Below are positions 26,494 to 39,232 of a stretch of DNA of 64,000 bases, in pieces. The notes beneath the pieces are model-generated. The model was not told where the DNA came from. It did no database searches and saw nothing but the letters and a program-made list of their open reading frames with translations. This DNA comes from Amphiscolops sp. MND2022. Its lineage: Eukaryota. The stretch is from the NCBI GenBank assembly GCA_964187785.1, contig OZ076409.1:21020001-21084000 (forward strand), written 5' to 3'. Position numbers and translations under genes: made by a program. Position 1 is the stretch's first letter; every line of letters starts with the position of its first letter.

Positions 26494-29400
26494 TTAAATT
26501 TGATTCGCCAATGAGTCGGATGCAACTGAAAGATTACAGGACACTGATAGGTTACTAGCTTCTTTTTTTGGCAAGGCTCCGCTAATGGTCCAACCCAGTG
26601 CTGTTTTAACTGCCCATGGTTGATTTCTTTCGCCAGATTTGTATTCCAGCGGCCTGATTAAATGATAAGCATCCTGACCGAAAATAACTTTAACATCAGT
26701 CATTGAGACTTTAATATTAGGATCAGATAAATAATGGTACCCTTCTTTTAGTTTTCTGAAGTCATAGTCTTTTTCACCAACATTTAGGTTAGGATGACTG
26801 CAGAACGTTACAGTCTCTCCAGCCGTTTCTGTTTCGGTGGAGCCCACTTTTGCTGTTACTATTTGCGTTTTCATATCAGACAAACCGTGAATGCCGGCAA
26901 CGGACATTACCGATTCTTTACCTTTCAATCTGAGAAGATCAACCAAAGTTTGATCCATAAACGAAACAGTGGATCCGGTATCACAGAGCGCAATGGTTTC
27001 AACACATCTTTTTTCATTACCTATCGAAATAGGAATCAGCTGTAAGAAACCGCTGCTTCCCGTTGAAAGCAATGAAGAACTGCCGGCCCTGTTTTGAGAC
27101 GGAGGATCTTCCGTTTTCTTTTCCTTGGTATCTCTATCAATTGTCTGCGAGTCCGAATGTAGGAGCCTGTTGTGTTTCTTAGTGCAACCATTCACACCAC
27201 AAACACGTTCTGATTTACAGTCTTTAATTAAATGTGAGTTTAAGCAACAAAAGCAAAGTTTCAGTTTCTTCATTGTTTCGTATCTTTCATTAACACTTTG
27301 TTTTTCAAACTTGGCACACATCCACAGTTTATGGTCGCCATCCTTTAATGGATATTGTTTGTTAGGCGCTGGAGTGGTTTTGTTTTGATCATTCGACACA
27401 AATGTTGACGTCTTTACCTTTTCCGAAGAGCTTTTTTTATCTGACGGCAATCGGAATTGCACCGTCATCTCATCGTGAACATAAGCAACTTCGTTGAGCC
27501 ATTCGCTGAACTTACAAAGATCAGCATGGTAGTATCCTTTGCTCTTGGCAAGGAAAAACCACTTGGTTTTCAGTTCAGGGGGTAACTTTCTCAAAGCTGA
27601 ATTCAGAACGGACTCTGAATACAAGTCTCCTGTGAAACCAAACTGTTTCAAAACATTGACACAAGTAGTGATCAACTGAGCATACTTAATGATAGCCGCT
27701 GAGTCATGCGACTTGATAAACGGACTCAAATGGATTTGCTTCATCTGTGCATTAACAATTGTTTGTGGACGTCCAAAATTGGTGACTAAAACATTCCATG
27801 CTGCACTGTACATGACTCCTGAGTAACCGAGTCCCGCAATAGCCGCCTTGGCCTTGCCTTTAACGAGTATTTTCAAGTGACTCATTTTTGCATTGTCATC
27901 GATAGGTGCATTGTGGGTGGTAGCTGTGAACAAACTGGACCATTCCGGCCACTCTAATGGATCTCCATGAAATTCAGATAGTTTCAACTTAGGTAAACTT
28001 GTTTGAACAAATTGTACAGGTTGATGTACAGGTACCGCTGGGGTAAAGGAAGGAAAAGGATTTTCTACTTTGAAAGTGGTATTCGCGAATCCATGTTTAG
28101 GCTTCGGTTCGTCATTACCTCGCTGAAGTGAGGTGATTGGCTTCGGAAGAGTAATCACAGGGTTTTTTCTCTGGGGTGACTTACTCGTAGCTCTGTTTTG
28201 AGGTTGCGATGGCAATGGTTGATTTTTCTGATGAGAATATTCTGGAAGTCTCTGCGGCAGCACACTCGACCCCCCTTTGTTTTCTACTTCTCTGCTAGAT
28301 TCCTTAGGTTGGGAGAAACACTTATCAAAATTCTCATCACTTTGCTCTAACCAACTTTTGATGTCGCTGTTTTTGTCTTCGTCAAGTACGAGAGACATCA
28401 GGCTTGGACAAATTGACGGAGCACGAAATGACCCTTCAGCCTCTTCTATCTGCAGTCGCATTTCGTGTTGCTCAAGAGCTTTCTTGCTTTCCATTTCAGC
28501 AATTTCAGCTTCCGCTTGTAAATCAAAAAGCTTCTGGCTCATCTCCATTTGTTTCTTTGTTTTCTCCAATCTCAACTCTCGCAGCCTCTTCTCAATTTCC
28601 ATTTGCGACTTTTGCTCTAATACATTAGCATGCATCTCTAAGCGCCGTCGTTCACTTGCTTTTGACAAGTCGGAACCCACATTCGATTCCCGAGGTTTGT
28701 AGGTATCGCTTTTCGGCAAAGTTCGTGAAGGTGAAAGATCCACTAGCGTACGTCTCTTCGCTGTACTCAAGGTCACTGATCCTGTTTGCCGAGGAGCAAC
28801 TTCCGCACGACTCTCACTTTTATCAAACACTGTGGATTGGTTAACATCTCTCAACAGTTTCAATCCTCTTTGTAGAGTCTCATTCGCCTTTTGTTTCGTT
28901 GAGGCGCCGGAAACATTTACGTTGTCTTTCGACAACTGTGAACGTACAACACCCGACTGTGTTGACTCTTCAGGATTAGTTGTACCCCTTTCCAATTCAT
29001 CAAGTCCTTCCTCAGGATTTGAAAAGATGGTTTTGCTATCTAAGTTTTGGGAAGTGACATCGAATTCTGCACCTGTTTCATCTACATAGGGATCCAAAGG
29101 CTCAACATAAGACAAACATTCTTGTGTTACCTCTTGTAACAGCAGCTTAGCTTGTTCAAGCTCCTCTTCTTTTGGCTTCAAGAAATTTTGATGAAATGGT
29201 TGTAAAAAACTTCTTTGTTGGTTCAAGATCTCTTCTAGTTTTTCCTTCAGGTCTTGAACTTCAGGTAAAACTGATTTAATTCTAGTAGCTCTCGCCCCTT
29301 TAATCATTAATTGCTGGAGATTTTTTGCTTTTGCTTGAAAATCATCCATTATTCGATACCAGTGGTCTGCTGCTCGACAATATTTCAAGAAGTCCTCTTT

Positions 29401-29838
29401 ACTTTTTGCATACTTTGCAAGTAATTTTATACCGTCAAATTGTGGGAACACTTCTGTCCAATTCGAGAGACATTGATCGATTTCTTTTAAAAGATCTGTC
29501 TTTACTTCTCTGCGGGCACTATGGTATCTGTCTTTGAGCATAGGCAGCCCAAACTCGAATTCTTTTTCGAATTTGTCTCTAATTTCCATGAATTTAAGAT
29601 ATAAGTTCCCCAAAACATATCTCAAATTTGAAGAATCCTGTTGCTTTTCTTTCAACTGTTCGAAGTCAGGACCAAGGTTTTTCATGGAACGGAAATACTC
29701 CACAAAGCGATCTTCATGATCATTCCAAGCTTTCAATGCTGAAGAATTTTTCAAACCTTCAGAGAAAGACATCCTTTGGATGGACTTTCCCTTGGTAATG
29801 GTCATCACTTTAGGGTCAATTGTTCCACCACTGGCCAT
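26494..29838 (-). CDS. gag: BEL/Pao Gag plus aspartic protease; same frame as pol, separated by one TAA
   Basis: LPKLKLSEFHGDPLEWPEW (DUF1759-like), Cys/His knuckles (CFCCLNSHLIKDC, CGVNGCTKKHNRLLH), ALCDTGSTVSF protease motif. First ATG after the PBS is at 29838. Confidence 0.92.
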   Translation of the reverse strand: MASGGTIDPKVMTITKGKSIQRMSFSEGLKNSSALKAWNDHEDRFVEYFRSMKNLGPDFEQLKEKQQDSSNLRYVLGNLYLKFMEIRDKFEKEFEFGLPMLKDRYHSARREVKTDLLKEIDQCLSNWTEVFPQFDGIKLLAKYAKSKEDFLKYCRAADHWYRIMDDFQAKAKNLQQLMIKGARATRIKSVLPEVQDLKEKLEEILNQQRSFLQPFHQNFLKPKEEELEQAKLLLQEVTQECLSYVEPLDPYVDETGAEFDVTSQNLDSKTIFSNPEEGLDELERGTTNPEESTQSGVVRSQLSKDNVNVSGASTKQKANETLQRGLKLLRDVNQSTVFDKSESRAEVAPRQTGSVTLSTAKRRTLVDLSPSRTLPKSDTYKPRESNVGSDLSKASERRRLEMHANVLEQKSQMEIEKRLRELRLEKTKKQMEMSQKLFDLQAEAEIAEMESKKALEQHEMRLQIEEAEGSFRAPSICPSLMSLVLDEDKNSDIKSWLEQSDENFDKCFSQPKESSREVENKGGSSVLPQRLPEYSHQKNQPLPSQPQNRATSKSPQRKNPVITLPKPITSLQRGNDEPKPKHGFANTTFKVENPFPSFTPAVPVHQPVQFVQTSLPKLKLSEFHGDPLEWPEWSSLFTATTHNAPIDDNAKMSHLKILVKGKAKAAIAGLGYSGVMYSAAWNVLVTNFGRPQTIVNAQMKQIHLSPFIKSHDSAAIIKYAQLITTCVNVLKQFGFTGDLYSESVLNSALRKLPPELKTKWFFLAKSKGYYHADLCKFSEWLNEVAYVHDEMTVQFRLPSDKKSSSEKVKTSTFVSNDQNKTTPAPNKQYPLKDGDHKLWMCAKFEKQSVNERYETMKKLKLCFCCLNSHLIKDCKSERVCGVNGCTKKHNRLLHSDSQTIDRDTKEKKTEDPPSQNRAGSSSLLSTGSSGFLQLIPISIGNEKRCVETIALCDTGSTVSFMDQTLVDLLRLKGKESVMSVAGIHGLSDMKTQIVTAKVGSTETETAGETVTFCSHPNLNVGEKDYDFRKLKEGYHYLSDPNIKVSMTDVKVIFGQDAYHLIRPLEYKSGERNQPWAVKTALGWTISGALPKKEASNLSVSCNLSVASDSLANQI

Positions 29839-29901
29839 GGTTTTGCAAATGAATAAATTGCAAGTACTAATCGTTTGAAAAAGGGTCTGCAAAACGTGCC
29901 T

Positions 29902-29919
29902 TCCCGGGTCGCGGCACCA
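29902..29919 (-). promoter_or_regulatory. Primer-binding site, tRNA-His-like
   Basis: TGGTGCCGCGACCCGGGA lies 3 nt after the 5' LTR and resembles the complement of a tRNA-His 3' end. Confidence 0.75.
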
Positions 29920-29922
29920 AAA

Positions 29923-31080
29923 TTTTACGTCTGCAAGGTAAACTAACAAAAACACTTACCAAGCTTTACGACGGCCTGGTTGACAACTTGCGGACAACTT
30001 TAAAACTTGTTTGTCCAGGAAAGGCACTTGCAAAAATCACTTCTCTGAACCTTCAATGGGTGATATCGCAACTATTTTCAATAAAAATTTAGCTTGCGTT
30101 ACTTTGAATAAGTTTCCGAAGTCGGTGAAGCAATTACTGCATCTTTGACTTTGCACTTTTTCTGTTTCAAAAACATAAAGTAGCTTTGGAGCTCTAAATT
30201 GTGATTATGGGAATCAACTTAGCTGTCTGGATGAGTGGTAGCGTCGTTGATCTGCTAAACCAGACGATAAGTCCAAATCCTTGCGTCCACGATAACTTTC
30301 TCAAGCAAAAATATCGCAACCATATGCAATATAATAAATTGACGTTGGAATTTCGAAACAATATAATATCACTTGTTCAACTCCAAAAAGCTCTTCAATA
30401 GCCAGAGTTAACTGAATTACTTGAACGAGAAACTTCCAAGCTTTCACTTTCTTCAATACTTGAGTAGCAAAGTCGACTGATTTGGATCTCTACTTGGTTG
30501 CTGGTCTCTGGTGTCTTAGGAGTTAACTCTGGTTACTTTTACATACAGGAAATACTTAATAGTGGATGTTTGTGGTTAAATTTACCATCACCACACAAGC
30601 GCCTTGATATATAGAATAAGCAGAAACAAACTATTTAACTGAGATGAAGATATACACCAAAATATGTAAAAGTATATATAAAAAGCATACATTTACACCA
30701 TTTTATGGTTCATGATTATATTTGTTATTTGCACTCAAAGCTTCTATCAGGTTACAAACACTCTATCGACTTCCGCCTGGACTAGATATAACCAAATATG
30801 ACCTACTTGAAAGGTTTATTACACAAACAGAACGATAAAGCACCAAATTTGTACTATATCAGAGGGAAGTCTGATTTTGAGCCAGAAAAACTTTTTTTTG
30901 AAATTTTTGTCTCTGATTCTCAATTTTCTTGCCCAAATCGGTCGAATGCCATAAAAAAATCGGCTGCTTGCTACTTTCGTCTTCGAAATCCAAAAAATAA
31001 CGTCTTTGTAGCAGTTCGAAAACCAGGATTTTTGACCCCTTCTGGTCACAATTTCTCAAGTCAATTCTGAGGCGCCAACA
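29923..31080 (-). repeat. BEL/Pao 5' LTR
   Basis: Direct repeat of 22049-23206. Confidence 0.95.
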
Positions 31081-31142
31081 GCCTTTTTATTCAAATTGGC
31101 TTGTTGCAGGCGTTAATTTTGGCTATTTTGGACAATAATATT

Positions 31143-31624
31143 AAACAAGCCGGGACCGGCCCAAGTCGGCGCCATATCTAAGGCTCAAAAATAGCAAAAA
31201 GACTTCAAAATGTCAAAGTATTGGTGAATTTGGTACCTTTTATGAAGAAAAAAATTTTTGAAAAAAAGTCTCACAATGCCGAGAAAAACTGAAAGGGAGG
31301 ACCCCTTTGGGATTTTTCAACTTCCACTCTGTTGCAAAACTCCAAAAAAATTGAAGGGGACCCTTTGGTGGGAAAAACATTTGAAAAAAAGTCGCACAGT
31401 GCCGAAAAAAATCTAGAGGGCCTTTGGTCTCGTCCGGTTTTGTATGTCACGCGGGAAACCTTTTTGGTTCAGTTCCTTGGGCCAACAGGTACAATTTGGC
31501 GTCTTTTCAAAATTTTATAGAACTTTTGGTAGAACTATTTTGGTCACTTCAGGTGGTCTCAAAAAACACTGACGAAAAGCCATGACTGTAGTCGACTCTT
31601 TTCAGGAAAAGCGCCGACTAAAAA
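31143..31624 (-). mobile_element. Non-autonomous Helentron-like element (HINE/DINE-1-type)
   Basis: Subterminal inverted repeats AGTCGGCGC (31164) and GCGCCGACT (31611), terminal hairpin GCCGG-GA-CCGGC (31149-31160), A/T-run flanks. Confidence 0.65.
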
Positions 31625-32365
31625 CAAGGTACTTTCTGCTGGAAGTGTCAAAATATCTGTAGACAATCATCTAAGTATTAGTAACGATATAATATTCCTT
31701 TATCTGTAAAATATGTTTTTTTCAAGAGCAAAGTATGTGCTTCGGTGTTGTGGAGGAACAGGAAAAAGGTGTACCTTGGAGGAATAAGAAACATGGTCCG
31801 AAGTGGATATAATTTTCAGAAGTGCGGCCGGAAAAATAAGTGAAACAACATCAGAGAAACTAGAGAGTTCACAAGAATCACCAACTTTGTGAAGGCTTTC
31901 ATAAAAAGCATACATTTACACCATTTTATGGTTCATGATTATATTTGTTATTTTCACTCAAAGCTTCTATCAGGTTACAAACACTCTATCGACTTCCGCC
32001 TGGACTAGATATAACCAAATATGACCTACTTGAAAGGTTTATTACACAAACAGAACGATAAAGCACCAAATTTGTACTATATCAGAGGGAAGTCTGATTT
32101 TGAGCCAGAAAAACTTTTTTTTGAAATTTTTGTCTCTGATTCTCAATTTTCTTGCCCAAATCGGTCGAATGCCATAAAAAAATCGGCTGCTTGCTACTTT
32201 CGTCTTCGAAATCCAAAAAATAACGTCTTTGTAGCAGTTCGAAAACCAGGATTTTTGACCCCTTCTGGTCACAATTTCTCAAGTCAATTCTGAGGCGCCA
32301 ACAGCCTTTTTATTCAAATTGGCTTGTTGCAGGCGTTAATTTTGGCTATTTTGGACAATAATATT

Positions 32366-32847
32366 AAACAAGCCGGGACCGGCCCAAGTCGGCGCCATAT
32401 CTAAGGCTCAAAAATAGCAAAAAGACTTCAAAATGTCAAAGTATTGGTGAATTTGGTACCTTTTATGAAGAAAAAAATTTTTGAAAAAAAGTCTCACAAT
32501 GCCGAGAAAAACTGAAAGGGAGGACCCCTTTGGGATTTTTCAACTTCCACTCTGTTGCAAAACTCCAAAAAAATTGAAGGGGACCCTTTGGTGGGAAAAA
32601 CATTTGAAAAAAAGTCGCACAGTGCCGAAAAAAATCTAGAGGGCCTTTGGTCTCGTCCGGTTTTGTATGTCACGCGGGAAACCTTTTTGGTTCAGTTCCT
32701 TGGGCCAACAGGTACAATTTGGCGTCTTTTCAAAATTTTATAGAACTTTTGGTAGAACTATTTTGGTCACTTCAGGTGGTCTCAAAAAACACTGACGAAA
32801 AGCCATGACTGTAGTCGACTCTTTTCAGGAAAAGCGCCGACTAAAAA
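32366..32847 (-). mobile_element. Second copy of the HINE-like element (inside the tandem duplication)
   Basis: Matches 31143-31624. Confidence 0.65.
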
Positions 32848-34045
32848 CAAGGTACTTTCTGCTGGAAGTGTCAAAATATCTGTAGACAATCATCTAAGTA
32901 TTAGTAACGATATAATATTCCTTTATCTGTAAAATATATGTTTTTTCAAGAATAAAGTATGTGCTTCGGTGTTGTGGGGGAACAGGAACAAGGTGTACCT
33001 GGGAGGAATAAGAAACATGGTCCGAAGTGGATATAATTTTCAGAAAAGCGGCCGGAAAAATAGGTGAAACAACATCAGAGAAACTTTTTGAAGCAATCAA
33101 GTAATCTACTAACTTCCGTCAAAGTTTGCAAACTGGCGAATAAAAACTGGTTTTAAAAATGTGGATTATGTTCTTGTTGGAAGATGGAAGTGAAATTAGA
33201 AGCAAAGCGACTTCCGTCAATTTAGGTCAGGAACATTTGTGCCTCGAACGGAATTGAAAGGAGATAAGCAAATGTTCAGCAGCTACCAAAAGGAATGTCA
33301 AGAGGAAATTAAAGTTATTTGCATTCACACTTGCGCGCGCATCTCTCTGAAGCGGCATGACAAAGATTCGAAGGGAAGTTATGGGATTACCTTAATTGGG
33401 TTATCTAACCTTGACGGCAAAGTGTTGCGTTTCTTCTTCTTTAATCGCAGATCCCACCACCAAAGAGAATTTCTACAAGAGAATGTTCAACGAAGCACCA
33501 CATTTTTAATTCCAAAAAAGGCAGCGATTTTGCTCAAGTTTTCAGTTCTTGCGGATTCCCAAATAACCCCCATCGCCACAAGACCACGGGTACATGGGTA
33601 GTTAACGAAGTTAAACATGCTTCGCATAACAAATTTGTAAGCTTCCTGCAGTTTATTCTTTCATTTTAATTCAACTAAATATTTTTGCTCAACCAAATGA
33701 GCCTCCGCCTTTTAATTTGTCTACATTCGTTCACGCCAAACAAGCCTCAGGTCTTTGAAAGTTCTAAACTCTTCCGCATTGTTTTTTTGATTGTGAATTT
33801 TTCACAATTATTTTCGGGAATACCTTGATGTTCCTTTTAGAATTGTGATATTGGCGAAAAAAGACGAGAATTTTGTTCCACTTGAAAAATAAATATCTTG
33901 AGGTAACAAGCGAGCCCATATCAGGACATGTATCACTCAAAGTGTCCTCAGAGTCCTTTGGGATTACATACTAAATACGTTCAAAAGTAAAAGTAAGCAG
34001 GAAAAGCAAAATACTTCTCTCGTTTGTATACTCAATACTTAAGTA

Positions 34046-35108
34046 CAGTTTTCAGTCCAATATATTCATTCTAATAATGAGGACTAATTTTAAAAGACAT
34101 TTCCAGACTGAAAACACTATTGCAACAAATTTTGAGCGATTTCATAGAACAAAATAACAAGGGAGTGATCAATAAAAATTGATCAATTTAAAAAGTTTTT
34201 CAATTTCATCCAAGACTTGTATAGTTTGACCATTTTTATTTAATTCAATAAAAAATTTAGTTCAATTTAGTTGCAAATTTAACTAATTTCGTTTACCAAA
34301 TTGTAACACTAAGAGATTTGAGCTACTCCTGGTCTGAATTCCAGAGAAATTCAATTTGACACACCGATCAACTGCATAAATGGCATACAAACGTTCCTTG
34401 AACAACTATTCTTACCTTGCTGTAAAGGAAAACCACTAAAAATGTCGAGTCGTTTTTAACAGCTTTTCTCGGAAAATACTTTATCAAAAAGTACATTCGG
34501 CAGAATTAAAAAAACATGGTGTTCACGGCACAATTGGTGCTACAAAACTCAAACTAGCAAAAAACATAGAAGTTCAAGACTAAGAGTGTGTGTTAGAAGT
34601 GTGCTGTTCAGTTACTGGCAAAAGTTGGTTTCTGGGGTGCAGTGAGATTAGATGGCCACCAGAAAAAGGGTGTTGAGTGCCCTGACAGAATGAAAAGCAC
34701 AGACTACGTCAAAATTCTGAACACTTTAGACCAAAAATTGAACTTCCTGGACTTATGCTCCAGCCGGATAATGCCCATTTGCACAAAACTCAAATATTTG
34801 AATGGATTTCCGACATCATGGTTGGAATGTTCTACAGCCCTTACTTGAATATCATTTAGAATATGTAGTCAGTGGTGAAGGAAAGATTCGTAAAACAGAC
34901 TGTGAACTGGGAAACTCTGGAGGAAAAGGTCCATGAAAATTGGATCAGTATCGACCAAGAACTTTTGGAGAATTTCTATAATTCTCTCTCAAAACGCTTA
35001 CACGATGTCACCAAATCCAAGGGAGTCGTTATTGATGATCTCTGTTGAAATCTCTGTTTCTTTTTTTGAAAGACTTGGTCTACGGAGCTTTTTGGTTCCC
35101 TAGTGTAT
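34046..35108 (+). pseudogene. Highly decayed Tc1-like transposase remnant
   Basis: Fragments resembling (V)WGA, MKSTDYVKIL, Q.DNAP.H and LNII.N.W..VK. TIRs not resolved, boundaries approximate. Confidence 0.55.
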
Positions 35109-36162
35109 GAACCCTCGGCGTTTTTTTATTCAAAAATCTTGAATCATTGAAAACGCAAAACGAGAAATACTAAAGAAACGAATATAAATCCAAAGTCAAT
35201 CAGTGCCGGGAAGACACTTTATCTTCGTAGGCAAGCAATCAAAAGTTTTAATCCAGTGTCGGTACATCTGCTTCCCAACACCTGTCACCACAGGCATCAA
35301 CCTCAAGGCCTAATAGAGAGTGTTTTCTACCGAGACGCCACAAAATGGCCGATCCTTAGGCATAACAGAACGGTCGATTTAATAAACGTAAGAAATCGGT
35401 TGACTTTGTCATTGCAACAAAACAGCCGTTTTGAAGGCGCAAAAAATGGCCATTCTTTGAAGCGTAATAAGATGACTTGATCAGCTTCGGAGACACACCT
35501 TTGTGCCTTAGGTGTAAGAGCGAAGCGAAGCAGTGCAACGTGCTACAATTTGACTAGCGTGTGGTTTTGACAAAGGCTGACCTGAAGGGGTAGAAAGTGC
35601 CCCGGAAGGTGGAAGGCCGAGTCATACCGACAATTGTTTGCGTTTTAGATACACAAATTTTTTTAAAAAAAATCATTTTGTCAAATTTTCAAAATGTACC
35701 ATGTTGGTTCATCCGTTTTCTAGCTTTCGACCAGAGTCTAGTATCTTCTGGAAAAGAAATCTCACAGTGTGGCAAAAAAACCGAAGACAAATTATTTGGA
35801 ACTTTTCAAGTACTTGAGTGATGGAGGCAGAATAGTGTAAATATCTCTGATTTGAAAAAAATGAGCAATTCTTATCATGGAAATTGATTTCACAAGATTA
35901 TTTATTTTCACAAGATTCACTGTTAATTTTCGATTACATCAAATCTTCATATCGAAAAACAGTATTTTCCAAAAATACTTAGGTTGTATTCTCCCTTGTA
36001 AAAAATTTCACGATAGTGCGAAAAGTTGAAATATTTGGAAAAAGTGATTTCGAATGTCATATCTACCAATAAAAATACCAATTGAGAAGTAGGCAACATT
36101 GTCGTTTGCGGAAAAGACTCAATCAACGTTTTAACCATTCTCTGAGAATACCACTGTAGTTA

Positions 36163-36883
36163 CCCGGGTTGACCTGACATGCAAATCATAAAATGTTTCC
36201 ATGTTTCCACATTTTATGTTCTTGTTATGACTTTAATGTTTTCCATATATGATCATTGTATGGATTGCATGATTTCATATAACTGTATGGCCCTTTTATG
36301 GAAACCATGTTTTCAAGTATGACCCTTTCATGGAAACCATGTTTTCAAATATGGTCATTCTAGGAATACCATGTTTTTTAAGTATGGCCCTCTTATGGAA
36401 ATCATGTTTTTTGAAGTATGACACTTTGATGAAACCTGCTCTTCTGTTACTATCCTCACAAAAAACAAGTCATATTAGGACTCATAATTTCTTCTGGAAG
36501 TGGCCACTTTTGCTGAAAGCTCAATATAATTTGAACCCATGTTTTCAAAGTATGGTTATTTCATTGAATGCATGTTTTTAAAGTATGTTTTTGAAGTTTT
36601 AAAGATGAAAAACCGAAAAAAGTCACCGTGTTATACAGAGGAACTCCAATTTCTGCCTAATTAATGTTGACAGTGAAAACTTGTTTAAAAAGCACGTTTT
36701 TCACAGTTTGAACAAACTATGGAAACCATTCGTTCCATAATATGACCATAGTATGGGAAACATGTTTCTCATAAAATGACCATAGATCTTTTTGTATGGT
36801 CATTATATGGCTGAACTGATTTCATAAACACCATATATGACATTTTATGATCTACATGTTTTTCGTATGGTGGTCAACCCGGG
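36163..36883. mobile_element. MITE with CCCGGGTTGACC TIRs and internal ~32-bp tandem units
   Basis: TA-CCCGGGTTGACC...GGTCAACCCGGG-TA, with repeated ATGGAAACCATGTTTT.AA.TATG units. Confidence 0.85.
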
Positions 36884-37429
36884 TAGCAAACGTAACACTA
36901 CACTGCAGTTGCAGGGAGTTAGCTTGAAAGTCTCAAAGTCGGAGAAGAGAGGTGCGCTTTCATCTCACCAACTTTTCAACATCTTAGATTCTTTCATGTT
37001 GAAAGAAGAAAACTTTTTTTGAGTCCAAATTGTCCTGTCACCGGAAACCTTTTCTCGTAGATTTTTGGTCTAGCATGACTTTAAGTTTTGAACCTCTATC
37101 TGCGGCCATTGGCACTCCAAGTCTCCTTCTCTTAGTTTCGCTATCTGCTGAAAAACCAACCTTTGTGTAGTTTGACTACTTTGAAAGATAAGAGCTGTAA
37201 GAGGGACACCAATTCAGGATGATTGCAGTTGTTAGAAAAATTTATGTTCCTCAAAATTATATTATAGGAAACATTTCTCAAAAAGTATAATGAGTGTTTT
37301 TTTATCAGTTACCAGTAAGTTCTACCTAAATGTAGACTTTCTCTTTTTTTAAATGATTAGAAAACAAAGCAGTGTTAGCATTTTTAAACTATGAAAGTCA
37401 ACTTACATTTCAAAGAAGCTTCACTGACG

Positions 37430-37855
37430 TGTTTTGTCCTCAGCAAAGACGAGTAATGAATTTCTTCTTCTTTCGACGATATTTTTCTGAAGAGTTCGAA
37501 CGTCCTCTTCCAGTCAAAGTTACCCAAGACTGAAGCCTTTTGCTAATTAACTTTTCCAGAATTAAGTCCTCGCTGTAAGCAACGTCCAAACGGCCGGGAG
37601 AGCAAACTTAGCGTATGTCAGTGGCGCTCCGAATTGGGAATAGTTATTAAAGTGGACAGCAAGCGCCAAGGAAAAGTTAAGGAGCGGAGTTCTTCAGTGG
37701 CATGTAAGAGAATTAATTCCGGACCAGCTTATAAGCAGTTATGAAGAAGTTCTCTTTATAAGTATAATCCAAGATCCAAGACTCAGCATGAATAAAGTAT
37801 TTTATCTAACCAAAGCGTCTCCTTTATGTGGGGGAAACAGACTCTAGTTATAACT
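37430..37855 (+). repeat. Possible decayed solo LTR
   Basis: TGTT start, GC-richer body, TATA-like motif, AATAAA and a ...GTTATAAC end. No TSD found. Confidence 0.3.
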
Positions 37856-39232
37856 TAAAATTGTAAAACAAATCTTGCTAAGCTCACTCCAGGCCGGCAT
37901 GACAAGAAGCGACACTTTTGGACCAAGTCAATACAAAATCACTAGTTTGACTGAATGTGTAAAAAGAAAATTGCGAAATGAAGTTTCAAACAAGTTTCAA
38001 ATCGATTCCAATTTGGCTAAAGATTTGAGGTTTAGGTCTTGTTAAGTGATCTCTGTTTTGGCCGAAGTGTCACTTTTGTAGTTTTATAAAACTGAACCTT
38101 TTATAAATTTGACAGTATATCAACTAGACGCTTGCACGTAAAAACGAAGATATTTCTGGCACGTGTGGAATGGTTTCAACTTATAATGACAAACGTCAAC
38201 ACGGAATTGAATAAAACCAGGCAGCGGTTTGAAGCTTCAGAATTTCTGAAACATTTAAGGGGCTGAAACACCTTTGCAACTTTTGCAAATAAAACTTTGA
38301 CCTGGGTCTTTCACGTTAACTGTAGATCAATGTTATAATATCCAATAACATGTTGGTTATTGTAGTCAAAATACATAAAACAAGCCCAGTTATACACGTG
38401 AAGAGAGGTTGTGATTTCTTGGTGGTCTTACACACTTTCAAAAAACAAAAGGAAAGGTGCAGTAAAGCGAAAGAATGCCGTTTGAATTCCAAGACCATTG
38501 ACAAAATATGCAGCTCAGGAACAGTTTTAGATGGTTTCAACGTTTAGGTATGCATCGGAAAACATTGGCAAACAACTATTTGTTTCAGGCTAGAGGCTAT
38601 GCAAGCGCCACCAAAATATGAAAAAAAATGGTTAACAAAGTTCAAAGACAGTACACAGAGAAACGTTTCAGCTAGCCAGCACTTTCCTATCGTCCGCATT
38701 TTTTTCTTGTACATAACATTCTCATGCATCTGTTTACAAAAGAAAAAGAATAATTTAGAAATCCATCAAAAAAACTTCCATTTTTTGTAGTTTCAGCCAA
38801 GCGTTCATATTGAGATCAGGCGTTTCAGGCGTTTTCAAGTTGATGGCTGAGTAGTTTTTTTTCTGGAGCAAGGAAATTTCCATTTCAAGAACGCTGCATG
38901 AACTAAAGCGGCCAATTTTTCGTCATAAAGACTTACATGCAAGATGATTTTTGAGCCTTAGAACTAGAAAGTATGCAACGACCCTCTAAACTGTTACAAA
39001 AAATTCTAAGGCATTTCCAAATTTGCCCCATCTAAGGTTGTCATTGTAGAAATGCCCTTTACTTTGGATCACTAAGACCCGAAACGAATCAGTGCTAGGA
39101 GATTTGTTAGTACTTAGATTAAGTGATCGTTATAACAATTACCTGACCCAACATCCTCATCATGCTATGATCATAGCATGATCATATTATGATCATAGTC
39201 ATTTCATGATCATGATGATGCCAAAACATTAC

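Larger units (their letters stand above)
22049..31080 (-). mobile_element. Full-length BEL/Pao LTR retrotransposon, recent insertion
   Basis: Two 1158-bp LTRs with no difference seen by eye, PBS, and gag-PR-RT-RH-IN order with BEL-type motifs. Confidence 0.97.
30678..33085. repeat. Tandem duplication (period 1223 bp) of the LTR end plus flanking DNA
   Basis: 30678-31861 recurs at 31901-33085. The ORF track shows identical peptides offset by 1223. Confidence 0.95.

Noticed and set aside
23600..29719. + strand ORFs inside the BEL element
   Set aside because: Antisense shadows of gag-pol.
29931..29959. GTAAGT...TTGCAG micro-intron near the BEL LTR end
   Set aside because: Only 29 nt and could be chance; it cannot be supported without transcripts.
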